Origin: Epiperipatus broadwayi
Taxonomy: Eukaryota; Animalia; Onychophora
Assembly: GCA_028023455.1 (NCBI GenBank)
Contig: JAQFVV010000008.1
Span: 17,050,001-17,114,000 of the forward strand
Direction: 5' to 3'
Length of the DNA: 64,000 nucleotides
Part shown: piece by piece, positions 13,095-25,577 of the stretch
How the letters are laid out: the number at the start of each line of letters is the position of its first letter
Numbering within the stretch: position 1 is the stretch's first letter
Notes under the pieces: model-generated
The model's input: the letters and a program-made list of their open reading frames with translations, nothing else
The model's database searches: none
Told to the model about the DNA's origin: nothing
Position numbers and translations under genes: made by a program

Positions 13095-13259
13095 TGTAAC
13101 GATATATAAATATGTCGTTACATTAAATTGAAATAAAAACTTTTAAGTTCGCATATAAAAATAAGTGTATTAAAAAGAAAAAAAAAACTAAACGCTAAAA
13201 TTAAAATGTTTGTTAAACGTATTCAATTTAATGTAACGACATATTTATATATCGTTACA
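13095..13259. mobile_element. 165-bp MITE with TGT...ACA termini (Ginger/TDD-like or LTR-derived)
   Basis: Perfect 38-bp TIR starting tgtaacgatatataaatatgtcgttacatt. atat on both sides (4-bp TSD or part of the palindrome). Confidence 0.75.
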
Positions 13260-13617
13260 ATATACATGATTAAAACTTACATCTGCAACATATGGCTCGA
13301 CAGATAATTCAGTATTAGCAAGAATCTGCTTGCATTTAAGAACATCTTCCACAGCTGTATATATATATATAAACAAGAATAAAATTTTCATAATAGCAGT
13401 AATAAATAAAAAAAAGTTTTAAATTGTAATTAAATTCCCTAAATGATCATTAATTTCAAAATATTTATTTATATATGTGTATGCATGATTATATATTTTT
13501 TTCATTTTCAAAATACATAAATTATTCATTTCTCAATTAAAAAAATATTTTTAAGTGTCTTAATACTTCTTTATTGTTTATTAGTAATACTTTTATTATA
13601 AAATTGCTCATAAATAC

Positions 13618-14170
13618 TGTCATATCTGACCTTGCCTCAGAAGTGGACTAGTCCAGACTTATCCGATTGGATTGAGCACTCATTGCTGCTAAGCAATGTA
13701 TAAACATGGCGTAGGAGTAATAACAACTATGGCAAATGTAAAAAAAATGTGTATAAAATCCTACCATTGCTTAGGTTCTCTAAATCCGAGTGCTCCCAGT
13801 AAGCAGAGAACATCTGTCTACCTGAATGACTGAATGTGCTCTTCATTAAAACCAATTCCTTCAGCGAAAGTGTTTCTATTATATTTACTATCGGTGCATC
13901 TTCGCAGCGTGACAAGTCTAGATAGGAATGGAAGCTGCTATGACTTTGGCAGACTCGAGGCAAACTGCCCAGTACAGCTGGAAGTGAGTCCAGTCATTTG
14001 GCATGACCAGTTCATTATTAACAAGATTATATGTCACATTATATCTATTGATTGCATAATATGTATGTATATTTGTGACTAATAAATTATACATATTAAA
14101 TAGTGAGTGTTCATATTTAAATATTACTGATGGTTTGAGTCTGAAACCTGAAATTCAGCCAAACACAACA
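13618..14170 (+). mobile_element. Probable solo LTR
   Basis: TGT...ACA ends, near-perfect 5-bp flanks aatac/gatac, aataaa near 14081, and higher GC than the flanks. Confidence 0.45.
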
Positions 14171-14536
14171 GATACAAGCAATTATTTACAAATATACATA
14201 AATTAAAAATCTTTGCTATTAAATATGACTTCATCATTTTCACTTAATTAAAAACAACTTATTACACTAGATTAAAGTAAAAGATACTGTTCTTGTGTTT
14301 TCACAATTAGTGATATAGGATGAGCAAATCAGTGATCTATAATTAGGAATAATCATTTTAATTTCTTGACTTTGACTCTTATTTTACACTAAAATCTATA
14401 AAAAACAAAAAACACAAGTTAAAAACTTGCATACGCTTGTATTTATGACTACAGATGGCGTTATACCAAAAACACCTTCAAGCGTTTGTTTACATAAACG
14501 TCAGAGCGTATTTCATTATCTCTAACTTAATCCCCA

Positions 14537-14580
14537 CCTTCATATCATGATTTCAAGCTATTTGCTATCGTCAGTGAAGG
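14537..14580 (-). ncRNA. Minimal type I hammerhead ribozyme motif (mirror copy)
   Basis: Exact reverse complement of 14885-14928, in the left arm. Confidence 0.8.
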
Positions 14581-14884
14581 ACAGGATTAAGAAACTAGAT
14601 CTAAAACACAAACTCTGAGCGTTTAAGAAACAGTTTCTATTCAGCTTGTGTTTTTTGTTTTTCATAAATGTACCTTTGAGGTCTTTTCTTGCAATGATAT
14701 ATATATTGCAGAGACTTCTACTATGTGGTGATGCTGAACTGATATCAGACCCATGTAGCTATCTGGCATGCGATGCTGAGTTTGAAGACATTACGTGTCT
14801 AAAAGATTCACGCTCGCAAGCTGAATAGAAACTGTTTCTTAAACGCTCAGAGTTTGTGTTTTAGATCTAGTTTCTTAATCCTGT

Positions 14885-14928
14885 CCTTCACTGACGATAG
14901 CAAATAGCTTGAAATCATGATATGAAGG
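14885..14928 (+). ncRNA. Minimal type I hammerhead ribozyme motif
   Basis: Stem I ccttca/tgaagg; core CTGACGA; stem II (t)agc-aaata-gct(t); GAAA; palindromic stem III atcatgat; predicted cleavage after AUA (14922). Confidence 0.8.
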
Positions 14929-15464
14929 TGGGGATTAAGTTAGAGATAGTGAAATACACTCTGACGTTTATGTAAACAAACGCTTGAAGGTGTTTTTGGT
15001 ATAACGCCATCTGTAGACTAAAATCTATACTAACTTTCATCTTTTCTTCTATAACAATCCTTACAAAAAATTCATACTGTATTTGTTTTTCTTATCTTTA
15101 TTGACTTTTTTTTTTTATATTGATCTGCTTTAATTGAATGTATTAAATTGCTGATATTATAACTATTTGGGAACTTGGCTGTTATCTATTACTTTTCAGT
15201 TATTTACTAAATTAATTCTGATAAGTTTTCTAAAGATTTTTTAATTTGACAATCAACATATGTTCAATGTCTAATTCATGTCTAGACTTTTTTTTTTGTT
15301 AGAGATGATTGATCTTTATTTTTTTTAGGCAGATCAAATTTCACTATTTTAGAAAATATAGCAGAAGATTTTCTTCTATTGTTATTCAAATGAATTTCTT
15401 AGTTTACTTGTAGATCCTACATATAATAATATTCAGTTCTCTAATAAATTATTATTTTCATATT

Positions 15465-16120
15465 ACATCTTCATCATCATTTTCAAATATTATCAATCCA
15501 TTAAGGATGGAAATCGCTTCAAGTTCAATTAAATTTCTCCAATTCTTAGTCTATCTTTTCTATATCATAGTACAAAGTTTCCTTATTTCATCCAAGCACC
15601 TCACATGAGTGTTTTTTCAAAGTCTTTATAATCTCTTGGAATCCCATTTTTAAACTGTTACTAATTATCATCTCTTCTAGCAATCTATTCAAACCTCCTA
15701 ATTTTTTTGACGATGTCAATAGTATATGTTTGTTCTTTTACCTATGTATATTTCAATCTTTGTTATTTCTAATATGTATCTGTACATACTTCTTTGAATG
15801 TTTTTGTCTCTGTATTGCTTTTCTGTTAAGTGTCTAAGTCTTAGATCTATAAGAAGTAGCTGATAAAACACATAAATTAAAATCTTTTTCTGTTTTCAAA
15901 CATAGACATTTTCCTTTTAATATTAATTTATATATACCAAAAGCAATCACTACAAGTTTAATTCTATTATGCTTCCATCTTATTATTAATTTGATCAAAA
16001 TATTTGGAAATGTTAATTTCTTCTAATTCATATTACTGATCTTTATATTTTTTTCTTTCTGAGTAAATCTATTGAACATTACTTTAGTCTTTTCAGAACT
16101 TACCTATTTATGAAATTAGA
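15465..16120 (-). mobile_element. Old 3' fragment of an RTE LINE
   Basis: The reverse complement is collinear with ~63210-63930 of the young RTE (aagactaaagtaatgtt, ggattccaagagatt, ggattgataat, gatgat tail). Confidence 0.85.
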
Positions 16121-16314
16121 TATCACTTAATAGAAAAAGATATGAAGATTCATATCTGATTCATTTGATAATTCTTTCTAAAATTTTATTATTTGCCTAT
16201 TAAAAAAAATAAAAATATGTATTTGATAACATTAAATAAATAAGATTTAAAATAATTTTTTTAATATATGTGTGTATGTAAATATTAAATAACATAGCAT
16301 TTTGAGATATATAT

Positions 16315-19300
16315 TGCACCACTAATGAAAAGCGTTACATATTCATAAATTTTATAAAAGTAAAATTTTAACATAAAAAAAATTTACAAGGAGTTAAAGA
16401 ATTTTAAACAAAAATACTGCGGAATTGTTTATCAAGAAATGATTGAAGTAAAAATCTAATTGAAAGAAATAAGTAAGAGTTTAAGAAATAAAGATATAAT
16501 TTAGAAGAATTTAATAGGACAACTTTGATTTAGCAAGTTTAAAGAGTTTTTTTTTAAAAAAAAAAAAAAGAAAAAAAAATGCAGTTCACCAAAAGACAAA
16601 GCACTGTGTCATCATATTAATATAAAGTTTTAATGAATTAAAAGAAAAGAAAAAAGTTTTAATAGCTAAAGAGTGTTAGGGAGTGGAGAAATTCAACTAA
16701 ATGAAAGATTAAAATTAGAGTTCTCTCTTTTCATGAATTAAAAGAAAAGAAAAAAAATGTGTGTACATAAAACTAAAAATTGAGTTATAATATAAAGGAA
16801 AGCATACAATTTAAATCCACTTAAAGATTGCTCGGCTGATATATTGAAGAAAGGGAATAATAAATATAAATTGCAATAAGAAAAGAATAATGCAGATTAA
16901 GAAAACAAGAGAAAGTAATTTGAAACGATCTTATCTATAGACTAGATTAATCTACGCAGGTATACAGATAAAAAAAAACAATGGGAAAATAATAAAATTT
17001 ACAAATTAATTAAATTAGATGGGCATGATAGAGACAATGGAAGAAAATCATATAAAGACTAAAAATCCATTCATCATCATTCTGAGTCAAATTTCTCTTG
17101 ATCTGTATACAGCATCATAATAGCCAATATTAAAACTGTGCTCGTATCACCATTGAGGAAGAGCTCCAGAGAATAAAGATGATCATGGCCATGAGCATCC
17201 TTAGAATGCAATTGGACATCCTCATAGCTACCGAAGAGCCATTAAATATCATGCAGTGCTAGAAAGCCATCAAAGTATGCAGCTTGTCTCCAGTTCCAGT
17301 CCTCCTGAATATCAGAAGTCTTCCACCTAGAAACCAAGCCCATTGAATAACCTGAACAGTCAACAAATATTTACTTCAGGAAATGAAGGAGGTCTGCTCG
17401 AAGCAAATCACAAATATAGTGAGAAAAAAAAAGGAAAATCCAACCGGATGGTGATCAAATATGATTAAGAAACCCTAATTAATTATGAACCTTTATTCCC
17501 ATCCATGAACTAATTATGACTTTGTTAATAGCCATAGCAATCTTTGAGTGCTTTCCATATTGTTCGTCTTTTAAATAAATCTTGTGTTAAAGATTTGCAA
17601 AGGTCCCTGCTGTCATGTTTTCAGGTGCTTAGTCTCAAGATTATAGCCTTAATAAATATTACTTTATGCAACAAGTATGTGTTTTATAAATGTAATTTAT
17701 AAGTGAATTCTAATGTGTACATGTATTTGTAATCTTTTCATTATATATTTTAATTAATACATATAAAGCTTTCCTTGAATATTAAATTTAAATGTCATGG
17801 TATGTATGCACAAGTACATCTATAGTATTTTAACTGCATTAACCTTTAATGTCACGTGCTTTAGTAAGTGTATTTAATAATTTATAAGTTGCTTTATTAT
17901 AATATTCCTAATGTTAATTAAAAGTGTTGTAAATAAAGTATTTGTTTGCAAGTTATAGTTTGGTCATTTCTCTTATTAAGTATATCACTTCCAAAATCAT
18001 TTAGTTAAGTACAATCATTAAGCAGTCTATTATAGTTTGCTATCTTATAGATAAACAAGAGAGCTAGCAAAGGGTTGAAACAAGTGCTAAAATGTGTTTA
18101 TCTAATGTCCAGACATGCTAATTGTAGTTTATAATTAGCTGGTGCCTGAGGGTTTACCTAAAAAAAAAAATACTTTGGCTGGCTGGAGGATTGAAATTTA
18201 GCAGCTGAGAAGTTCTATAGCCTGGAATGTGGCCTCAGGTTATATTTCTTATAGCTGTGATTTGGTTATAGGTGCCGTTGGTGATCTTCACTTTCTATAT
18301 TTGATTTCACGTCAGGCCAGTGTGCTGCAATATTAAAAGTGTAGCTGGCGTAGATCGAGATTTAATAATTTTTTATTTTATATTTAAATAATCAGTGATT
18401 TTTCTCCCACCCGGTTCAAGTAGCAGCAATTATAACATAATTAAAGTAGAAAAAAAGTTTTAAAAATAAGGTTGGAAGAAATATTAAATTGCATAATTGT
18501 AATTACAAAAGTGGTATACTGTGTAGAGAGAAGGCACTAAAAGCAAACAAATTATAATAGGTCTAAATGAAAAGAAAGAACTTAAAGAGATAGATATTAT
18601 AAGCAGATTGGGATATTGAGGACAAAGTGGAGACAAAGAACTAAGGGGGTTGGAGGTTTAGGGTAAAAAAAAAACATCAATCAGGGAGAATCAAAAGAAG
18701 CACCAGATAAATGATAGTAAGGTTACAATAACGGGAAAGACTTGTAGGTGAAAAAAAAATTAGCATTCGGACTATGAGAAAAGGAGATAACATTAATAAA
18801 TAAAAAAAAGTTTTGAGAGAGATAAATGAATAAATAAAATAAAATGTTTTCAAGAAATAATAATGCACACATCTTAATGAAAGATGAGTAAACAAATAAT
18901 GAAAATAAGATTTGCAAGGAGCAACATAAAATAAAAAGTAAATAAATAAAAATAAATGAAACAAAAATAGTAAGTAGAATTCTGAATGAGTAAATAAATA
19001 AATATAGTCATAGTATTAGCGTGGAATATGGAAAAAGTGGAGTTGAAAGGAAGGGGGGTGGAATGATAGAGTGAAGGTTGAGAAAAGCGTAATGAGCATA
19101 GGCAGTAGCACTGTGTGAAAATAGTACCTGTAATAGACTAAACAGGGGATAGCTCTCAGAGTGAGGTTTCAGAATAAAAATTCCTGGGCCCATCCAAATT
19201 TCACCGGATGAAATAATCCCAATTCTTATTGAAAATGTGCATACTGGGAACAACGAGAATAAGCCGCAAATCAGTTTTTTGGGGGAGAATCCCCACATCT

Positions 19301-21819
19301 TACAAGTACTGCTAATAGTGTAAGTCAAATAGGTCAGTCAAGGAATCCTGCCATTTGCAGTGACTTTTTTTTCCACTTTCGAGGATGCAGACCCATTGGA
19401 GCAAGTCGTGGGCTCATCCAAATGTCTGGTAATAAACCCAGCACAGAAAGCTTTGTTTTATATATATATATGTAAGTCTGTATGAGTCAGGCAAACCCTG
19501 TTTCCACCTTGGCCAAAACCCCTATTCACATCAGAAAGATGAATGTTGTCCTTATGGTCATCACACAGGACATGATTGTTGAAATCAACATTATACAGCC
19601 AGTAAGGAATAGTAGTTAAGAAAGATCACCCTCAGCATTGGAAATATAGCTGCAGCTCCAAAACGGATTTAACAAGAGTAAAAGCTGAATAAAATCTTTA
19701 GAAGCTGTGACAGAAAAACCAATTATAATTAGCAATTAAAGGTACATAGTAATTATTGGAGATAAAATGGTCAAAAAGACATATTTTATTCTCAAACAGA
19801 GGGCGGAATAATGTACTGCAAATGAACAGCATTACATGTTCATAAATTTTATAAAAGTAAAATTTTAATATAAAAAGAATTTATAAGTAGTTAAAGAATT
19901 TTAAACAAAAATACTGAGGAATTATTTATCAAAAATGCTTGAAGTAAAAATCTAGTTGAAACAAATAAGTAAGAGTTTAAGAAATAAAAATATAATTGAG
20001 AAGAGTTTAAGAAGAGAAGTTTGATTTAGAAAGTTTAAAGAGTTTTTTTTTTTTAAAAAAAAAAAGGAAAAAAAATGCAGTTCACCAATAGACAAAGCGC
20101 TGCATCATCTTATTAGTATAAAGTTTTAATAGCTAAAGAGCAATAGAGGGGGAGGGGGGATTTAATTAAATAAAAGATTAAAATTAGAGTTCTCTCTTTT
20201 TATGAATTTAAAACAAAAGAGAGAGAAAATGTGTGTATGTAAAACTGAACATTGAGTTATAATGTAAAGGAAAGCATACAATTTAAATCCACTTAAAGAT
20301 TGCTTGGATGATAAATTGAAGAAAGGGAATAATAAGTATAAATTGCAATAAAAAAAGAATAATGGAAAGTAATTTGAAATGATATCTTATCCAAGAGCTA
20401 GATTGATCTAAGTAGGTATGCAGATTAAGAAAACAAGGGAAAGTAATTTGAAATGATATCTTATCTATAGGCTAGATTAATCTACGCAGGTACGCAGATT
20501 AAAAAACCAATGGGATAATAATTAATAAAAATTTACAAATTAATTAAATTAGATGGGAGTGATAAATAGAGACAATGAAAGGAAATCATATTAAAAGACT
20601 AAAAATCCATTCATCATTCTGAGTCAAATTTCTCTTTTGATCTGTGATTCTTGGTTTGCAATGAGTAGGCAGCATCATAACAACTGCCAATATTAAAACT
20701 AAGCTAGTACCAACACTGAGGTAGAGCTCCACAGAAGAAAGATGATCAAGGCCACCAGTGTCTTTAGAATGTGATTGAAAAGCCATCTAATATCATGCAG
20801 TGCTAGAAACCACAGAAGTATGCAGCATGTCTCCAGTTCCGGTCCTCCTGAACATCAGAAGTCCTCTACCTAGAAATCATATCCATTGAATAATCTGAAC
20901 AGTCGAGGAATATCTATCTCAGGAAATGAAGGAAGTCTACCCAAAGCCAAATTGTGAATATAGTGAGAGAAAAAAAGGAAAGTCCAACCGATTAGTGATC
21001 AAATATGGTCGAGAAACAAGGAGCCATATCTTTAGAAGCATAAATATAAATCCTAGGGTAATTATGAACTTTTTATTTCCATGCATTAACTAATTATGAT
21101 TTTGTTAATAGTCATAGCAATCTTTGAGTGCTTTCCATATTTATAATATAAATGAATCCTAGTGTGTACGTGTATTTGTAATCTTATCACATATTTTAAT
21201 TAATATGTATAAAACTTTCCTCGAGTATTAAATATTAATGTCATAGTATTAGTAAGAGTGTGTTTAATGATTTATAATTTTCTTTATTATAATATTCCTC
21301 GTGTTGTTTAATTAAGTGTTGTAAATAAAGTATTTGTTTGCTAGTCATAGTTTGGTCATTTCTCTTAATAAGTATATCACTTCCAAAATCATTTAGTAAA
21401 TACAATTATTAAGCAGTCTATTATAGTTTGCCATCTTATAGATGAACAAGAGAGCTAGAAAAGGATTAAAACAAGCACTAAATGTGTTTACCTGACATCC
21501 AGGCATGTCAATTATAGTTTATGATTAACTGGCATCTGAGGGTTTACATCAAAATAAATAAAATGCTTTTGATGGCAGGAGAGTTGAAATGTAGCAGCCA
21601 AAAAGTTCTATAGCCTGGAAATGTGGGCATAGGTTATATTTCTTATAGCTGAGGTTTGTTTATAGGTGCCATTGGTGATCATTGCCTTCTGTATTTGACT
21701 TCTTCGTTTGTGGGGCTGGTGTGCTGCAATATTAAAAGTGTAGCTGGAGTAGATCGAGATTTAATAATTTTTTGTTTTATATTTAAATAATCAGAGCAAT
21801 ATTTCTCCAACCCAGTTCA
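16315..21819 (+). mobile_element. Coding-poor LTR retrotransposon (LARD-like) with ~2 kb LTRs
   Basis: Direct repeats at 16315-18418 and 19812-21819 with TG(C/T)AC...GTTCA termini. PPT-like agagggcggaa precedes the second repeat. Flanks atat/ctat. The 1.39-kb internal region has no gag/pol ORF. Confidence 0.75.
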
Positions 21820-23336
21820 CTATATATATAAGTAACTTAGATGGAAGCAAATTACACTCTATTAACAACCCTATCAAGAAATGTTGGTTTATTTACAAGT
21901 TCTCTTCATGGATCACTGATTTATTTCTAGTCATTTACACATTAGAAATACACAATAATATTCCTATAATTACTGTTGGAGATCATATATCTATGTATAG
22001 TTATGGAAGAGAGTTGTTTATATTATTTTGCTGGTAATAATAACTTATTAGGAAATTATATGTATAATATTACCAAGTTCAAAAGTAAGAATGTAATGTA
22101 TCATAACTAATCTTATTAACATTATATTTGTTGGAAAAAATTAATTACTTCTTCCTCAGTCTTCTAGGATAGTAAGAATTGATGGTGATCTCTGGGGGGC
22201 ATTACATATAAAGATATAGTTACAATTTGGTGCCCGGGTATAGATAGTTTTATCAACCTAATCCTATTAAGTTTCCATGCCAGTTATTTATTTATCTATC
22301 ATTCGTCAAGAAAGATTTTGGTTAGAATATATACATATTAATGAAATCAAATCACATGACTTATATTGCTTGTATTTACAAATATATATATACACACCTA
22401 CAGAATAAACTACTGTCATTATACTTATATGATGTATATATCATGATGTATAAATAATATTTAAGTAAATACTAAAATTAAACAAGGTTTAAAAATGCAA
22501 TCTGTTAAAGTTATTAGTATATCAAAATTATTCTTTTCCAACATAGAAAATAATTGGCATATTGTTCGCTTTTATAGAATAAAAAAATTGCCTATACTGT
22601 AAGAAAATAAAAACATACTAAGCCAGTTCAATATTATGAAAAAATAAAGGTGTCTCTAAGAAACAGAAACATGGAAGGTAGAGAAATTCATTTATTTTAT
22701 ATTTAAAAATAACATTTTTTTTTTCTAAAAACAGTTTGTACAAACAGAATTAAAATATTCGATAATTTATTTGTTTTTTAAGATTTAATAAGTTTATAGT
22801 ATGAGCGAAAGCTGAGTTTCTGTTAAAATAAAAATAATCAAATTTTTTTTAGAAATTAAATTTGTAGATAAAAATATGGCCAGATTAGTGTATGATATAA
22901 TAAAATTGTCATTTGGAAAATTAAAACTCATATATATACATATGTTGAAATGCTTCTTCTTTGCATCTCAAAATATAAAAAAGAAATTTATAATTTCCAA
23001 ATATAAGGTCGAAGAAGAGTTAAAGATTATATTTAAGTTAAAATTTTATATTTTGTAATTTTTAAATGTGCGTGATATAAGATATAAATAAATGTAAATC
23101 AGTTTGTAAATCATTTTGTAAGAAAAAGAATTTGGTAATAGTATGAATTCTGAACCCTACTATTTAATGACATTTTTTTTTACAAAACGCACATCAATAT
23201 ACCATTGTAGTGACCTTAACTTATGTCTGACAGTAAACAGGTGTTTTTTGAGCTGTAACAGGCCACCTGAGGGCGATGTATTCTACGATTATGTAACAAA
23301 ATACTACACCCATTGCATTGTGACAATATTCATCAA

Positions 23337-23708
23337 GTGAGCGCTCTTGAACTCTCACTACGATCTGATTTGATGGTGGCCGTATTTGAAAGAGACAAAA
23401 CTGCAAAAATTCATTGTCGGAAATTTTTTAGAAAGCGTAGGGGAATTAGTATTCCATATTAAGAATTGTCATGTCATCACACATGCTTAACTATGCTTTT
23501 GAGCTGCACACAACTTGAAAAAGTGAGCACTCTTGAACTCTTACTACGATCTGATTTGATGGTGGCCGTATATGAAAGAGACAAAACTGCAAAAATTCCT
23601 TGTCGGAAATTTTTTAGAAAGTGTAGGGGAATTAGTATTCCATATTAAGAATTGTCATGTCGTCACACATCCTTCCCTATGCTTTTGAACTGCACACAAC
23701 TTGAAAAG
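23337..23708 (+). repeat. 186-bp tandem duplication inside Merlin element 2
   Basis: Units start at 23337 and 23523 (gtgagc.ctcttgaactc...). Confidence 0.9.
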
Positions 23709-23849
23709 GTTCTTTTCAGCAGAGTTTTTTCCAATTTCATGCGCAAATGCCCGTTTACATGTGAATCCATGTGAGAACTATAAAATGTCATCTGCAAGTT
23801 GTCCAAATTGCTTGAAGCTGAGTGAATTGCTGGCTGGCCACACAAGTGG

Positions 23850-24075
23850 ATGCACAATAATGTGTTTTCACAGAAAGAGAAAATCCTGCCGGATGCAAAG
23901 GTATGTGGTTGCGGGAGAGACATGCTTTTAGTCAATCACAGGATCTGGGGAATTCCGTTGCCATTCCTGCAAGCGTACCTGTGTAGATCTGCGTATGGAA
24001 GTTGGTTCAAGGGCTCAAAAATCCCATTACCTACAGTTTTGAAGGTTCCCTGTTATTTTACTGTGTGTTACTTTT
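23850..24075 (+). pseudogene. Merlin/ISXO2-like transposase N-terminal zinc-ribbon remnant
   Basis: KILPDAKVCGCGRDMLL / GEFRCHSCKR / GSWFKGSKIPL across frameshifts. No DDE domain follows. Confidence 0.65.
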
Positions 24076-24811
24076 GGCTGCTGTTTTTTTTATACCCCCG
24101 AAAATGGTGTTTTTTTTTATTTGTCCAAAGTTTCGTTTATTTTAGACCCAATAAATTATTTTATGGGAAACTTGTTGCTGTTTTTGTTGTTCACATGATT
24201 ATAAAGTAGGTAGGTAATATTTGATAAGTTTCATTAACGGTTAAAGTAAGTCATATTTTATTATACCAAAAAAAAAAAAAAGAAGTGTTTAAGAGTTTAT
24301 TCAAAAGGTCCCACCAAAAAATAAAATAATAATAAAGAACTGTGCAGTAACATAATAAAATGTTCAAAAAGAAAATCCAAAAAGAAGTCGATAATTAAAA
24401 ATCAAAACTAACCTTCCCCGCCACCCCACCTCTGCCGGCTTAAAAAAAAAAGTGTTCTTTAAAAACAAACTGTTTATGTCTTTTTTAAAATTAATGGCCA
24501 AAAAAATTAAGGAAGAAATTTTCGCTATCATATAAAGCTTTCTGTAGCGTAAAGATTTGAAAAAAAATAAAAAATAGAAAAGCCTCATAATAAATTAACA
24601 AAAAAAAGATGACAATTCAAAATCAAAACAAACCCTCCATCCTCTAAAAAACCAAGTGTAGGTTTATTCAAAAGTACCGAATTGTTGAAGTCTTTCAGCA
24701 AATCAAAACATCAACAAATAAAAAAGAAATTAAAAGCAAACAACCAACCCCCCTCCACCATCTAAAAACAGCACAGTGTTTGTTACTGTAAACAAAGTGA
24801 CGGAGCATTAA

Positions 24812-25577
24812 CCCTTTAACCGCTAATTATATTATTGGTTGTATGAGGTAAAAATCAAAACTTTTAATTGGCCAACTCACAAACTGAAGACAAAGCCTAT
24901 TGTTAAAACATATTCGCCTATAATATTAAATTCAACTCAGATACGTTTATAAAAAGTATATTACTAATTTTTCAGGTTATGAAAGAGAACGAAAGTTCTT
25001 TCAAAAATAAATTGCTATTTATTTATTATAAAATATATTCAATTTCAGCAAATATAAAGCAAATGTCTAAACAAAAAAGTGCTGATGCAAACGCTTTTTT
25101 TCAATTTTACGTTCTGGAAAAGTAAAGATTTCTTTTTGCTAAATCTTAAATATTTTTACTAAAATCTTCAATAGTTTTCGAAAATAATTTTGTTTTTTTA
25201 GTATATTTTTTAAAAAACTATTTTAATTTCTCATTTTATATTTTTTTAATACTTAAATCACATTCAAAATGAAAATCTCAGCGTTTTTCTTTATTTTCTT
25301 TGATCAGGCGGTTTCTTTGTTCTTTCCAGCCAATCAGAATGTCTTTTTCGGCTGAGAGCCGGCTGACAGCCAATCACCGACAAGGTTCTTCTTTGTTTAG
25401 TTTTAAATGCGTTTTTTTTTTATTTTTTACTTGTAAAATAATTCGGAACAGGGCACCATCTTACAGAACTTTTAAAAACCTAATCAATAACTGTCAAATG
25501 AATATTCTACCATTAAAACTAGCAGAATTAGAGTGACGCCAGATGTTGACGAGATGCCTCGTAAGAGGCAGTTGAAG
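24812..25577. mobile_element. Possible piggyBac-type MITE nested in Merlin element 2
   Basis: TTAA|ccctttaaccgc at the left end. Degenerate gcagttgaag|TTAA at the right end. Internal cagccaatca boxes. Confidence 0.35.

Larger units (their letters stand above)
14401..15016. mobile_element. Fold-back Penelope-like element with hammerhead-bearing inverted arms
   Basis: 200-bp arms at 14449-14648 and 14817-15016 with only 2 mismatches seen. 13-bp flanking direct repeat actaaaatctata at 14388-14400 and 15017-15029. 48-nt tail at 14401-14448. Confidence 0.85.

Noticed and set aside
22221-22241. gttaca-att-tggtgcccggg as LTR end plus PBS
   Set aside because: No matching LTR start or internal ORF was identified.
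24884-24925. ctgaaga-caa-agccta-ttg-ttaaaac as a decayed hammerhead
   Set aside because: GAAA is absent, and stems I and III cannot be formed.
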